DNA of 29,964 nucleotides from a virus (taxonomy: Duplodnaviria > Caudoviricetes), in the IMG/VR virus record IMGVR_UViG_3300025416_000031, positions 1-29,964 of that record. One strand, 5' to 3'. Made by a program: the position numbers and the translations under genes. Under the pieces are notes generated by a model. The model was given only the letters and a program-made list of their open reading frames with translations, was not told the DNA's origin and made no database searches. Below, one piece after another: positions 16,301 to 24,229 of the stretch. Every line of letters begins with the position of its first letter. Position 1 is the stretch's first letter.

Positions 16301-16448
16301 GACTAACGGATTGCACGTTAACAGTAAAACGGTTTCAACAAGTTACACAATCCCTAGCGGGTCAAGCGCAATGTCTGCTGGCCCTATGACGGTTGCATCA
16401 GGTCAATCTGTGACAATTTCTAGCGGTTCGCGGTGGGTGGTGCTATGA
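13308..16448 (+). CDS. long Ser/Thr/Gly-rich tail fibre protein
   Basis: 1046 aa with internal repeats ALTIGTGLSGTSYNGS...ALANTAVTAGSY...ITVDAQGRITSA and a YQGTWNASTNTPTL module. Lies in the tail region. Confidence 0.85.
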   Translation: MIRLDTTTRVLKLFLGGAVTTSQLQTTVCYSDQTSTTYLGATQLSLSNNTTAVTICNAPAASTVRDIDMLTVFNTDTANAIVTIQLVDGSTAYNEIVVTLSPQDKLTYTHGSGWQVVTNAGNLKQQTLTSSGVSAVTATAPLASSGGTSPNLTIAQANTTTSGYLSSTDWNTFNGKAPATSGTSILYGNGTGGFSNVTIGSNLTFSGGTLSASGGSGTVTSITAGTGLSGGTITTSGTIAIANTAVTAGSYGSASSVGTFTVNAQGQLTAAGSTTIAIAASQITSGQVAIAQGGTNGTATPTAGGVSYGTGTAYAFSAAGTSGYVLASGGASTPTWTNSPTLVGTNFSAIPNGALTNSTISGVSLGSNLNALTIGTGLSGTSYNGSSGVTIALANTAVTAGTYGSATAIPTITVNAQGQITSITTNPLNSPAYQGTWNASTNTPTLTSSSGTNNNYYVVSVAGTTTLNGISLWSVGDWAIFNGTTNAWEKINGSSTEAFTGITVTGLTGYMYANGSSAVTASTTIPTTVLSGTISNAQLANSSITINGNAVSLGGSTTVTAAAPYALTIGTGLSGTSYNGSAAVTVALANTAVTSGSYTNASITVDAQGRLTSASSGAAPVTSVSGTSPVVSSGGATPTISLASGYGDTQNPYASKTANYFLASPSGTAGAPTFRAIVAADIPTLNQNTTGSAGSVANALTIGTGLSGTSYNGSTTVTIALANTAVTAGSYTNANITVDAQGRITSAANGSAGGVTSVAGTTNQISVSASTGAVTFSLAAAITTGSFVANETITGSLSAGAFSYGTLGYSDTSIFASFTSSTNSYNQIVLQNTSNGTAASTDYVVSNNNGTATTYYGDFGMNSSGFSGTGALNGANNVYLTSTSADLAIGTTTSNAIHFVINGSATDAVTINTSGAVAFNGSYGTSGYVLQSNGSGSAPTWVAGGGGSSITNTATSTNATYYMAFQSSTSGTTTVNYVNSGVTVNPSTGVVASAAFNATNGLHVNSKTVSTSYTIPSGSSAMSAGPMTVASGQSVTISSGSRWVVL
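14415..15556 (+). repeat. three diverged ~150-bp direct repeats inside the fibre gene
   Basis: Copies start near 14415, 15001 and 15399 (gctttRacNatYggNacWggWttRWSYggWacaagYtaYaacggNtc). A more diverged copy lies near 13975. Confidence 0.8.
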
Positions 16449-16846
16449 CCGAAGCAGAATTTGTAACGTCTGTCATGCAGGATGATCGGGTCTGGAATTG
16501 GCTCAAAGTGGACGGGGCTAAAAAAGAAGATTACGCTCACAATCCTGCTTACACATACTTTACAAACAATCATGGTTTTATGATGTTTAGAGGTCTTTCC
16601 CCTGCTTTCCAAGAAGTGCATATTTGCATGAAAAAAGGGGCAAAAGATGTGGACAAGTTTTCTATGGACGGATTAGAGAAAATGCGTAAAAAAGGGGCTA
16701 AAAAGTTTCTTGCGCCTATTGGCGAATGGAATACACCTGCGCTAAAATTGGCAAAACGATGCGGCTTCATTGAAGAAGGCCGAATCTCTAAGGCGTACCA
16801 AAGGGACGGTATCTTCAAATCAATGGTCTTGATGGGGGCTGAATAA
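16445..16846 (+). CDS. GNAT-fold protein, P22 gp14/DUF2824-like
   Basis: EVHICM...APIGEWNTPALKLAKRCGFIEEGRI is GNAT motif B. It sits before the ejection genes, as gp14 does in P22. ATGA overlap at 16445. Confidence 0.75.
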   Translation: MTEAEFVTSVMQDDRVWNWLKVDGAKKEDYAHNPAYTYFTNNHGFMMFRGLSPAFQEVHICMKKGAKDVDKFSMDGLEKMRKKGAKKFLAPIGEWNTPALKLAKRCGFIEEGRISKAYQRDGIFKSMVLMGAE

Positions 16847-17613
16847 TGAGTATTGTCGGAAACTTAATTGGCGATTTGACGGGGACAACGCAAGCCTCAA
16901 ATGCCGCACAGCAAGCCGCGCAAACGCAGGCTAACGCTGCAAACTACGCTGCAAATCTGCAAAACCAAGCGTTTCAAACTACACAACAAAATTTGTCGCC
17001 GTACATGAACATTGGTACGCAGGCAATGAATCCCTATTTAAGTTTGCTTGGGCTTGGGTCTCAAGGCTCTGCGGGAATGATGAGTCAGCTTGAAAATATG
17101 CCAGGCTATCAGTTTGCTTTGCAACAAGGTTTAAAAGGCGCGGCTAATAGTGCCTCTGGAAGCGGTTTAAACCTATCAGGAGCGCAACAAAAAGGCTTGG
17201 CTAACTACTCGTCTGGTTTGGCAAGTCAAACGTATAACAGCCTTTTGGGTAACTTGGCTAACGCTGTTGGCACAGGTCAAAACGCTGCGGCTGGCTTGGG
17301 TAGCGCTGGAATGAACACTGCTACCGCAATGGGCAACAACTTGACGGCTGGCGCTAATGCTACGGCGGCGGGTCAAATTGCTGGCGGCAATGCCCAAACT
17401 AATATGCTTAACTCCCTTATGGGTTTAGGTCAAGGCGCTGCGGGTATTTATGCTTTGGGCAACTATGCTCCTGCTGGTGGAAAATCTTTAATTTCTCAAT
17501 TGGGCGGTTTGTTTGGTAGTGGTGGTGCTGCTATTGCTCCTGCTAGTTATGCTGGCGGTGCTGCTGCTGGTTTTGGTATGAGTCCAGAAATAGCCGCATT
17601 GATTGGACTATAA
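16846..17613 (+). CDS. DNA ejection (pilot) protein, P22 gp7-like
   Basis: A/G/Q/N-rich, with LSPYMNIG and PGYQFALQQG...SGA motifs. First of three ejection genes. Confidence 0.75.
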   Translation: MSIVGNLIGDLTGTTQASNAAQQAAQTQANAANYAANLQNQAFQTTQQNLSPYMNIGTQAMNPYLSLLGLGSQGSAGMMSQLENMPGYQFALQQGLKGAANSASGSGLNLSGAQQKGLANYSSGLASQTYNSLLGNLANAVGTGQNAAAGLGSAGMNTATAMGNNLTAGANATAAGQIAGGNAQTNMLNSLMGLGQGAAGIYALGNYAPAGGKSLISQLGGLFGSGGAAIAPASYAGGAAAGFGMSPEIAALIGL

Positions 17614-17622
17614 GGATAAAAA

Positions 17623-19065
17623 ATGCCAGTTGACGCAACAATCATTCCACAAAAGCAAAACGTGCCTGACTTCAGCGCACCTATGAACATTCTTAGCCTG
17701 TTGCAACAAACGCAAAACCAACAGTTGCAAGGTCAAAAACTTCAACAAGAAGTTCAACAAAACACGCCTGCATTAAATGCTGAATTGGCTAAAACTCAAA
17801 TTGCAAATGCAAAACTTGAAGGTCTTGCAAAACAAAATGCATTTTGGGGTCAAGAATTAGGTGGGCTTAAATCATTGGGTGAAAAAGCTACTTACGATGA
17901 TGTAAGTAAAGCCTTGTCTCGCGGTCTTAGCTTGGGTCACATTGACGGTAATACGGCTTTGAATTACAACAAAGAAATTCAATCGTTAAAAGACAAACCA
18001 GAAGATTTGCAAAAGTGGGTTGACCAGCATTATGTTGCAACTCGCTCTAATGAACAGCAACTTCAAGCGCTGATGCCGAAAATTAATTATGTTGATACTG
18101 GCTCAGGCATTACCATCACAAAACAAAGTCCATTAACAGGTCACACTGAAATTCAAGGAATTATTCCTAAAAACCTTTCGCCTGCTGAATTGTCGCAAAC
18201 GGTTGAAATTAAAACGCCTGATGGTCGTACCGAAGTGATGACAAAAGGTCAATTGTTAAACATGGTGAATCAAGGTGGCGGCACATGGAACGGCGTCAAG
18301 CCTTCTAGCGCTCCAAACGGATATACAGGTCGTTATCCTGGCGCTGAAGCTAAATCTCCTGTTCTTGGAGAACATGGCGGCGTTTTGTCTGGTGCAGGAA
18401 CAGAAGCTGGCGCGGCTCAATCTGCGATAGGTACTTCTCAAGCAGGCGCTGTTCAATCATTGGCAAACTTTGCTAGTGGTGTGCCTAACCGAGTTTTAAG
18501 TCTTGAAAAAGCTCGTGAAATTCTTACCGAAGGCACGCCAACAGGCCCAGGCACAGAATGGCGCAACTTTGCACGTTCTTTCATTGGTTCGCTTGCTCCA
18601 GAAATGTCTGAAAAAATTGGCGGCAAAGATTTCAATGCCAATACCGCCAAGTATGAGGAATTTAAAAAGCTAATGACCAACTACGCTAACAACGTCTCTG
18701 GTTCGCTTGGCTCTGGTACAAATGATCGTTTAGCGGCTGCAATCACTGGTAACGCTAATCCAAACATTCAAAACATGGCTAACCAAGATATTTTGTCAAT
18801 GACTATTGCATCTGAAAAACTTGCAGCAGCCAAAAACAAAGCATGGCAAGCAACAGGTCAAGACCCTTCTAAATTTAACAAATGGGAATCTGAGTTCAAC
18901 AGTAAAAAAATGTTGCCAGAATCGTTTGTTTTTGAGTCAATGACCGCGCCTCAGCAAAAGGCTTATCTTGAGCGTTTGAACAAACAAGGTAAATTGTCAG
19001 AATTTAAAAAGGCAGTTACTTCATACATCCGTCAAGGTTTGATTGAAGTGCCACAAGGACAATGA
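17623..19065 (+). CDS. DNA ejection protein, P22 gp20 position
   Basis: 480 aa, Q-rich helical N-terminus, synteny. Confidence 0.6.
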   Translation: MPVDATIIPQKQNVPDFSAPMNILSLLQQTQNQQLQGQKLQQEVQQNTPALNAELAKTQIANAKLEGLAKQNAFWGQELGGLKSLGEKATYDDVSKALSRGLSLGHIDGNTALNYNKEIQSLKDKPEDLQKWVDQHYVATRSNEQQLQALMPKINYVDTGSGITITKQSPLTGHTEIQGIIPKNLSPAELSQTVEIKTPDGRTEVMTKGQLLNMVNQGGGTWNGVKPSSAPNGYTGRYPGAEAKSPVLGEHGGVLSGAGTEAGAAQSAIGTSQAGAVQSLANFASGVPNRVLSLEKAREILTEGTPTGPGTEWRNFARSFIGSLAPEMSEKIGGKDFNANTAKYEEFKKLMTNYANNVSGSLGSGTNDRLAAAITGNANPNIQNMANQDILSMTIASEKLAAAKNKAWQATGQDPSKFNKWESEFNSKKMLPESFVFESMTAPQQKAYLERLNKQGKLSEFKKAVTSYIRQGLIEVPQGQ

Positions 19066-19066
19066 C

Positions 19067-21388
19067 ATGAATGATGATTTACAGAAATTAATTGACGAAG
19101 CTGGTCGGCTGCACAATGTTGACCCTGCATTGATTTCTGCGGCTATTCAAGCCGAATCAAGCTGGAATCCTAATGCCAAAAACGCAGAAACTGGCGCAAC
19201 TGGTTTAGGTCAATTTATTGCTCCTACTGCTAAATCTCTTGGTGTTAAAAACCCTAACGACCCAAAAGAGGCAATTCCAGCCATTGCTAAATTGTTGGCT
19301 GAAAATCTTGATCGCTATGGCAATGCTGAAGATGCTGTTCGTGCTTATCATGGCGGCACAGATAAAGCCAACTGGGGGCCAAAAACAGAGGCTCACGTTC
19401 AAAAGGTTATGTCTTACCTTAATCACGGTAATGACGATGAACTTTTTAACAAAATTACAAAATCTGAATTAGCGCCAGTTGTAACAACGCCAGAAGAAGA
19501 TGCGTTGTTTAATCAGATTACCAAAACAGCGCCAGAAGTAACGCAAAACGCGCCAGCACAATCAGATTCATTGATTGGCAATCCAATGCAAGCGGCACAA
19601 GCCTTTGGTCATCATTTGATGAACTTGCCTCACGGATTGGCTAACTTAGTCGAGCAAGGTGTTGCAAGCGGTGTTAATGCGATTGCTCCTAATTCTGCTG
19701 TTGCTAAATACATCCAAAACATTGCTAATCAAGACGTTTTGGCTGCTGGTCAACGTGAACAAAATTATCAAGCAAACGTGCCAACCAATGCAGCATCTGT
19801 TTTGGGCGCTACGGCTGGTGAAATTTTGCCAGCGATTTTGACTGCTGGAGAAAGTGTGCCAGCTCAAATAGGTTTAAAAACAATGGTAAATGGCGCTTTA
19901 ACTGGCGCTGGATTGGGCTTGGCTCAACCTGTTTTAAGCCCTGATAATTATTGGAGTCAAGTTGGTCAAAATACTGCTTTTGGAACTTTATTGGGCGGCT
20001 CTGTTCCTGCTGTAACTCCTGCTCTTAGTAAACTTGGTGGATATGTTAGTAATGTTGCTGGAGCAGCTACTAAACCATTCACAAAAACTGGCGCAGAAAG
20101 CATTGCAAACGACATTATTAATCGCACAACAGGCGGAGCGCCACTGCAATCAGCCATTAATGAAATTGTGCCTGGCTCTAAGCCTACATTGGCAGAAGTT
20201 GCCAAAAACGCCAATTTGAGTGGTTTGCAACGCACAATCCGTGACATTAATCCTGAACCATTTGTTCAGCGTGAACGCGAAAACGCGCAATCACGTTTAG
20301 ATTTGTTTGGAAAAGCATCTGAAAGCCCAGAAGCCCTTAATCAAGCGATTGAATCTCGTGATGCTGCTGCTCAATCTCAGTTGGATAATCTTTGGAAAGA
20401 CAAAAAAGAAGTTAATCCACAACCTATTTTGAATCAAATCAATGCTGTATTGGAAGGCCCAGGTCGTGAGCGATCAGCCGTTAAAACAGCAATGAACCAT
20501 CTTAAAGATAAATTGGTTGATTCAGAAGGCAATTTCAAATCAACAGACCCCGAATATCTTTATGAATCCATCCATAAAGAGATTGGCGACATTCTTAGTC
20601 CTTTAGCGCCTAAAGAATTGGCTTCGGCTAAACAAGCTACAAAAGAACTGATGAAAGTTAAAAATGCTGTTGCTCAAGTAATTGACCAAGGTGTGCCTAC
20701 TGCTGTTGACAAAAATGGCGAGCAATTGCCAGGATTTTCAAAATATTTGCAAGATTATTCAGCATCATCAAAAGACATTGATGCAATGAAATTGTTGCAA
20801 GGTCTGAAGATTACTGACAATTATGGCAACATCACTTTGCCTAAAATCAATTCTAAAATTGAAAGCATTGAATCAAAAGCTGGTGAAAGAGGCGCAAACA
20901 AAGCCAAATCAGTTGATGTTGAACAACTTAATGCCTTGAAAAACATTCGTCAAGACTTACAACGTCAAGGTGAAGTTGGCAGAGGTCGTTCATTGGGTTC
21001 AAATACAGCTCAGAATTTGGTAACTCAAAACATGATTCAAGCTGCTTTGCCAGGCAAAATGGGTGCTTTGGTTGGTCACTTGCCAACTGGAACTTTAAGC
21101 GGCGCTTTAGGTACAGGATTAGGATACGCAGCAGGTGGCCCAATGGGTGCTGCGGCTGGCGGTACTGTTGGCGGTTTGCTTGGTAAAGGTTGGCAATCTT
21201 TGATGCAAACAAAAAATGAAGCCATTTTGGATCAATTGACTAACAAATTGCTCAATCCTGAAACGCTTAATCTTGCACAAAAACAGCAAGCATTGAATTT
21301 GATGCGATTGGCTAATCCTGCTTTAATTGGCGTTGGAACAAGCAACCTTCCCCGCATTGAAATCTCAGGCGTACCGACAGGACAATAA
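19067..21388 (+). CDS. large ejection protein with N-terminal soluble lytic transglycosylase domain (gp16 position)
   Basis: SLT motifs VDPALISAAIQAESSWNPNA, GATGLGQF and AVRAYHGG. Gly-rich hydrophobic segments further on. ATG 19067 follows AAGGA. Confidence 0.85.
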   Translation: MNDDLQKLIDEAGRLHNVDPALISAAIQAESSWNPNAKNAETGATGLGQFIAPTAKSLGVKNPNDPKEAIPAIAKLLAENLDRYGNAEDAVRAYHGGTDKANWGPKTEAHVQKVMSYLNHGNDDELFNKITKSELAPVVTTPEEDALFNQITKTAPEVTQNAPAQSDSLIGNPMQAAQAFGHHLMNLPHGLANLVEQGVASGVNAIAPNSAVAKYIQNIANQDVLAAGQREQNYQANVPTNAASVLGATAGEILPAILTAGESVPAQIGLKTMVNGALTGAGLGLAQPVLSPDNYWSQVGQNTAFGTLLGGSVPAVTPALSKLGGYVSNVAGAATKPFTKTGAESIANDIINRTTGGAPLQSAINEIVPGSKPTLAEVAKNANLSGLQRTIRDINPEPFVQRERENAQSRLDLFGKASESPEALNQAIESRDAAAQSQLDNLWKDKKEVNPQPILNQINAVLEGPGRERSAVKTAMNHLKDKLVDSEGNFKSTDPEYLYESIHKEIGDILSPLAPKELASAKQATKELMKVKNAVAQVIDQGVPTAVDKNGEQLPGFSKYLQDYSASSKDIDAMKLLQGLKITDNYGNITLPKINSKIESIESKAGERGANKAKSVDVEQLNALKNIRQDLQRQGEVGRGRSLGSNTAQNLVTQNMIQAALPGKMGALVGHLPTGTLSGALGTGLGYAAGGPMGAAAGGTVGGLLGKGWQSLMQTKNEAILDQLTNKLLNPETLNLAQKQQALNLMRLANPALIGVGTSNLPRIEISGVPTGQ

Positions 21389-21390
21389 AC

Positions 21391-22071
21391 ATGACAACCT
21401 ACGCAATCCTTCCCAATGGTAAACAACAGTTCATTGACTCTAATGGCAACCCGTTAGCTTCAGGGAAGGTTTACTATTACATTCCTAACACGACTACTTT
21501 TAAGAATACTTATCAGGATGATGCAGGCAACACCCTGAACTCAAATCCGATTATTCTTGATGCCAATGGTCAATGTATGGCTTACGGTACTGGTTCTTAC
21601 CGTCAAGCTGTTTATGACGTAAACAACAATCTGATTTGGGACGTTCAAGTAGACGCGCCAGGCAACGGTAACGCATCGTTTGGAAACTTCTCAATTGCAC
21701 CGTCTAACATTGGCACTACGCTAAATTTCAGCTATAACTCATCAGTCGTTGCGACTATGACAAGCGGCGGTATTCTTGGCGGTGCTTTGGGTGTTGGCCT
21801 GACTAACTGGACAACTGCAACACGACCTAGCGCTCCTGTGGTGGGGTTGATTGGATACAACTCAACCACTGGTCTACCTGAAACATGGAACGGTTCATAT
21901 TGGGCGTCTAGCGGTGCATCTGCCAATGGTGTGATTTATCAAAACAATTTGGCAATCACTTCTAACTTCACTTTGAACGCAAGTAATGGCGGCATGAGTG
22001 TTGGCCCTGTATCCTTGGCAAGTGGTATCACCGTTACAATTCCTAGCGGTAGCCGCTGGGTTATCCTTTAA
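21391..22071 (+). CDS. short tailspike-type adaptor: head-binding-like N-terminus with no enzymatic domain
   Basis: QFIDSNGNPLASGKVYYY..NTTT.KNTYQD...NSNPIILDANG resembles the virion-attachment domain of P22-like tailspikes. Its C-terminus matches that of the long fibre. Confidence 0.7.
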   Translation: MTTYAILPNGKQQFIDSNGNPLASGKVYYYIPNTTTFKNTYQDDAGNTLNSNPIILDANGQCMAYGTGSYRQAVYDVNNNLIWDVQVDAPGNGNASFGNFSIAPSNIGTTLNFSYNSSVVATMTSGGILGGALGVGLTNWTTATRPSAPVVGLIGYNSTTGLPETWNGSYWASSGASANGVIYQNNLAITSNFTLNASNGGMSVGPVSLASGITVTIPSGSRWVIL

Positions 22072-22080
22072 GGAGAAAAC

Positions 22081-22668
22081 ATGAGTTCTATTGTTCTTTC
22101 TGGCGACACAAGCGGACAGGTTTCGTTAACCGTCCCTGCTATCGCTGGTTCAAATACCGTGACCATTCCAGCGGGAACTGGCACTGCTGCGGTGCAAGGT
22201 GTGTCTACCAACATTGTGTCGGGTACTGCGGTTGCGTCTACTAGCGGCACAGCAATTTTGTTTACAGGAATTCCATCGTGGGCAAAGCGCATTACCTTAA
22301 TGTTTCAAGGCGTTGCAACAAGTGGAACAAGCAATCTTAGAATTCAAGTTGGCTCAGGTTCTGTAACAAACTCTGGCTATGTGGGTTCATATTTTCAATC
22401 TTTGTCAAGTGCGCCTAACACGGCTGCATTTACTGCGGCGTTTGAATTAATTTCAGACGCTTCGGTTGGAAAAAATGGTGCTTTGAGAATTAATTTACAA
22501 ACAGGAAATACATGGGTGGCAGAAGGTAGTTTTGGATGCTCAACGGGAAGAACTATGTTTTTAGGCGGTAGTATTGCACTGTCTGGATCATTAGATCGAA
22601 TTAACGTAACTGCTGCAAATGGTACAGACACTTTTAACGCTGGCTCAATCAACATCTTGTACGAATAA
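22081..22668 (+). CDS. putative fibre-tip/receptor-binding protein, paralog A
   Basis: AAGGAG RBS. Shared core ASTSGT.I.FT.IPSW.KRIT.MF and C-terminus NGTDTFNAGSINILYE. Confidence 0.65.
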   Translation: MSSIVLSGDTSGQVSLTVPAIAGSNTVTIPAGTGTAAVQGVSTNIVSGTAVASTSGTAILFTGIPSWAKRITLMFQGVATSGTSNLRIQVGSGSVTNSGYVGSYFQSLSSAPNTAAFTAAFELISDASVGKNGALRINLQTGNTWVAEGSFGCSTGRTMFLGGSIALSGSLDRINVTAANGTDTFNAGSINILYE

Positions 22669-22677
22669 GGAAACACC

Positions 22678-22842
22678 ATGTCAACATTTACAAAAATCAT
22701 TGTCAATGTGCAAACAGGCGAAGTGCAAGAAGTTGAGTTAACTGGAGACGAGTTAGCCGCTTACGAGGCTTCATTGGCTGCTCAAGCCGCAGAAGCTGCT
22801 GCTCAACCTGCAACTCCCGCAACACCAGCCGCAGGGTCTTAA
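22678..22842 (+). CDS. small acidic protein (54 aa), possible fibre chaperone or accessory
   Basis: Not in the ORF track. Reads MSTFTKIIVNVQTGEVQEVELTGDELAAYEASLAAQAAEAAAQPATPATPAAGS, with a TAAGGA RBS. Confidence 0.75.
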   Translation: MSTFTKIIVNVQTGEVQEVELTGDELAAYEASLAAQAAEAAAQPATPATPAAGS

Positions 22843-22844
22843 TC

Positions 22845-23438
22845 ATGGCAACCATCATTAACGCTTCTACATCAGCAGGTCTAATCCAAACCGCTGACAC
22901 ATCGGGTACGCTGCAATTACAAAGCAACGGCACAACAATGCAGACTGTTGATTCAACTGGCTCTTATGGTCAATTGAAACAAGGTACAGCACAGGCCAGC
23001 ACCAGCGGCACATCCATTGACTTTACGTCTATTCCTTCTTGGGTTAAACGTATCACTGTGATGTTTAATAACGTTTCAACTAGCGGAACAAGTAACTTAC
23101 AAATTCAACTTGGTTCTGGTAGCCCTACTACATCTGGTTATCAAGCATCATCTGCATCGTCAACTTCTGCTGGAAATACAGTGGCTCTTTCGACAACAGG
23201 ATTTGTTATAAATGCTGGTTCTGCCGCATATCTTTTTTCTGGTTCTGCAACATTTTCAAATTTAAACGGAAATCTTTGGACAGGAACTTTAACTTTTGGT
23301 CAATCTGACTCAGCTAGAGTCGCAACTTGTTATGGTTCTATTAACTTAGCTGGTGTTCTTGACCGATTACGTATAACCACAGTCAACGGCACAGATACCT
23401 TTGACGCTGGCTCAATCAACATTCTTTGGGAGGGTTAA
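22845..23438 (+). CDS. putative fibre-tip/receptor-binding protein, paralog B
   Basis: Same core as paralog A; C-terminus NGTDTFDAGSINILWEG. Confidence 0.65.
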   Translation: MATIINASTSAGLIQTADTSGTLQLQSNGTTMQTVDSTGSYGQLKQGTAQASTSGTSIDFTSIPSWVKRITVMFNNVSTSGTSNLQIQLGSGSPTTSGYQASSASSTSAGNTVALSTTGFVINAGSAAYLFSGSATFSNLNGNLWTGTLTFGQSDSARVATCYGSINLAGVLDRLRITTVNGTDTFDAGSINILWEG

Positions 23439-23440
23439 TC

Positions 23441-23989
23441 ATGTCATTAGTTCTTGACGGCACAGCAGGTGTCACATTCCCCGCAAGCCAAACCCCTTCA
23501 ATGACTGCTTACCAAGGTGGTGTGTTGACGTCTGGTACTGTTGTTGCATCTACTTCAGGCACAAGCATTACGTTTAGTTCTATCCCATCGTGGGCTAAAC
23601 GAATCACCGTGATGTTTAACGGAGTTAGTACAAGCGGGACAAGTCTTATTCAAATACAAGTTGGTGCGGGTTCTGTGACAACAAGCGGCTATGCGGGGAC
23701 ATACTCTACTGCAACTAGTTCAGCTATTTCTACTACAAACATTACTAGTGGATTTGGTGTCATGGGTTCAACTGTTGCCACCGACGTTAATAGTGGAGCA
23801 ATTGTTTTAGCGTTACTTGCCTCAAATACTTGGGTTGCTCAAGGTTCTGTTTCCATGACTGGCGGCACAAGACAAACTATTACTTCTGGTTCTATTGCTC
23901 TTGGTGGTTCTCTTGACCGTGTAGTCATCACAACAGTCAACGGTACAGACACCTTTGATGCTGGCTCTATTAACATCTTGTACGAGTAA
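23441..23989 (+). CDS. putative fibre-tip/receptor-binding protein, paralog C
   Basis: GGAGG RBS before ATG 23441. Same core; C-terminus NGTDTFDAGSINILYE. Confidence 0.65.
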   Translation: MSLVLDGTAGVTFPASQTPSMTAYQGGVLTSGTVVASTSGTSITFSSIPSWAKRITVMFNGVSTSGTSLIQIQVGAGSVTTSGYAGTYSTATSSAISTTNITSGFGVMGSTVATDVNSGAIVLALLASNTWVAQGSVSMTGGTRQTITSGSIALGGSLDRVVITTVNGTDTFDAGSINILYE

Positions 23990-23992
23990 TTT

Positions 23993-24229
23993 ATGGCAGA
24001 GTTTGAAATTGACCCTGTAAAATATGGTGTTCTTTGGCAAAAGGTCGAAGACTATGAACGCCGTTTTGACGACATGGAAAAAAAAATTGACAAGATGGAA
24101 AGCCAGCTTGAACGTCTTTTGGAACTTGCTAACAAAGGTCGTGGTGGCTTTTGGGTAGGCATGATGGTCGTTTCTGCTTTGTCTTCTGTAATTGGGTACG
24201 TTACTCATTTAATTGGGGGCAACCATTGA
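23993..24229 (+). CDS. coiled-coil protein with C-terminal TM helix (holin/XhlA-like candidate)
   Basis: Heptads RFDDMEKKIDKMESQLERLLELAN followed by hydrophobic FWVGMMVVSALSSVIGYV. First gene of the lysis region. Confidence 0.6.
   Translation: MAEFEIDPVKYGVLWQKVEDYERRFDDMEKKIDKMESQLERLLELANKGRGGFWVGMMVVSALSSVIGYVTHLIGGNH

Noticed and set aside
22081-23989. Diversity-generating retroelement or invertible shufflon
   Set aside because: No reverse transcriptase or invertase in the window. Repeats are direct, all genes are intact with their own starts, and differences are mostly synonymous rather than adenine-specific.
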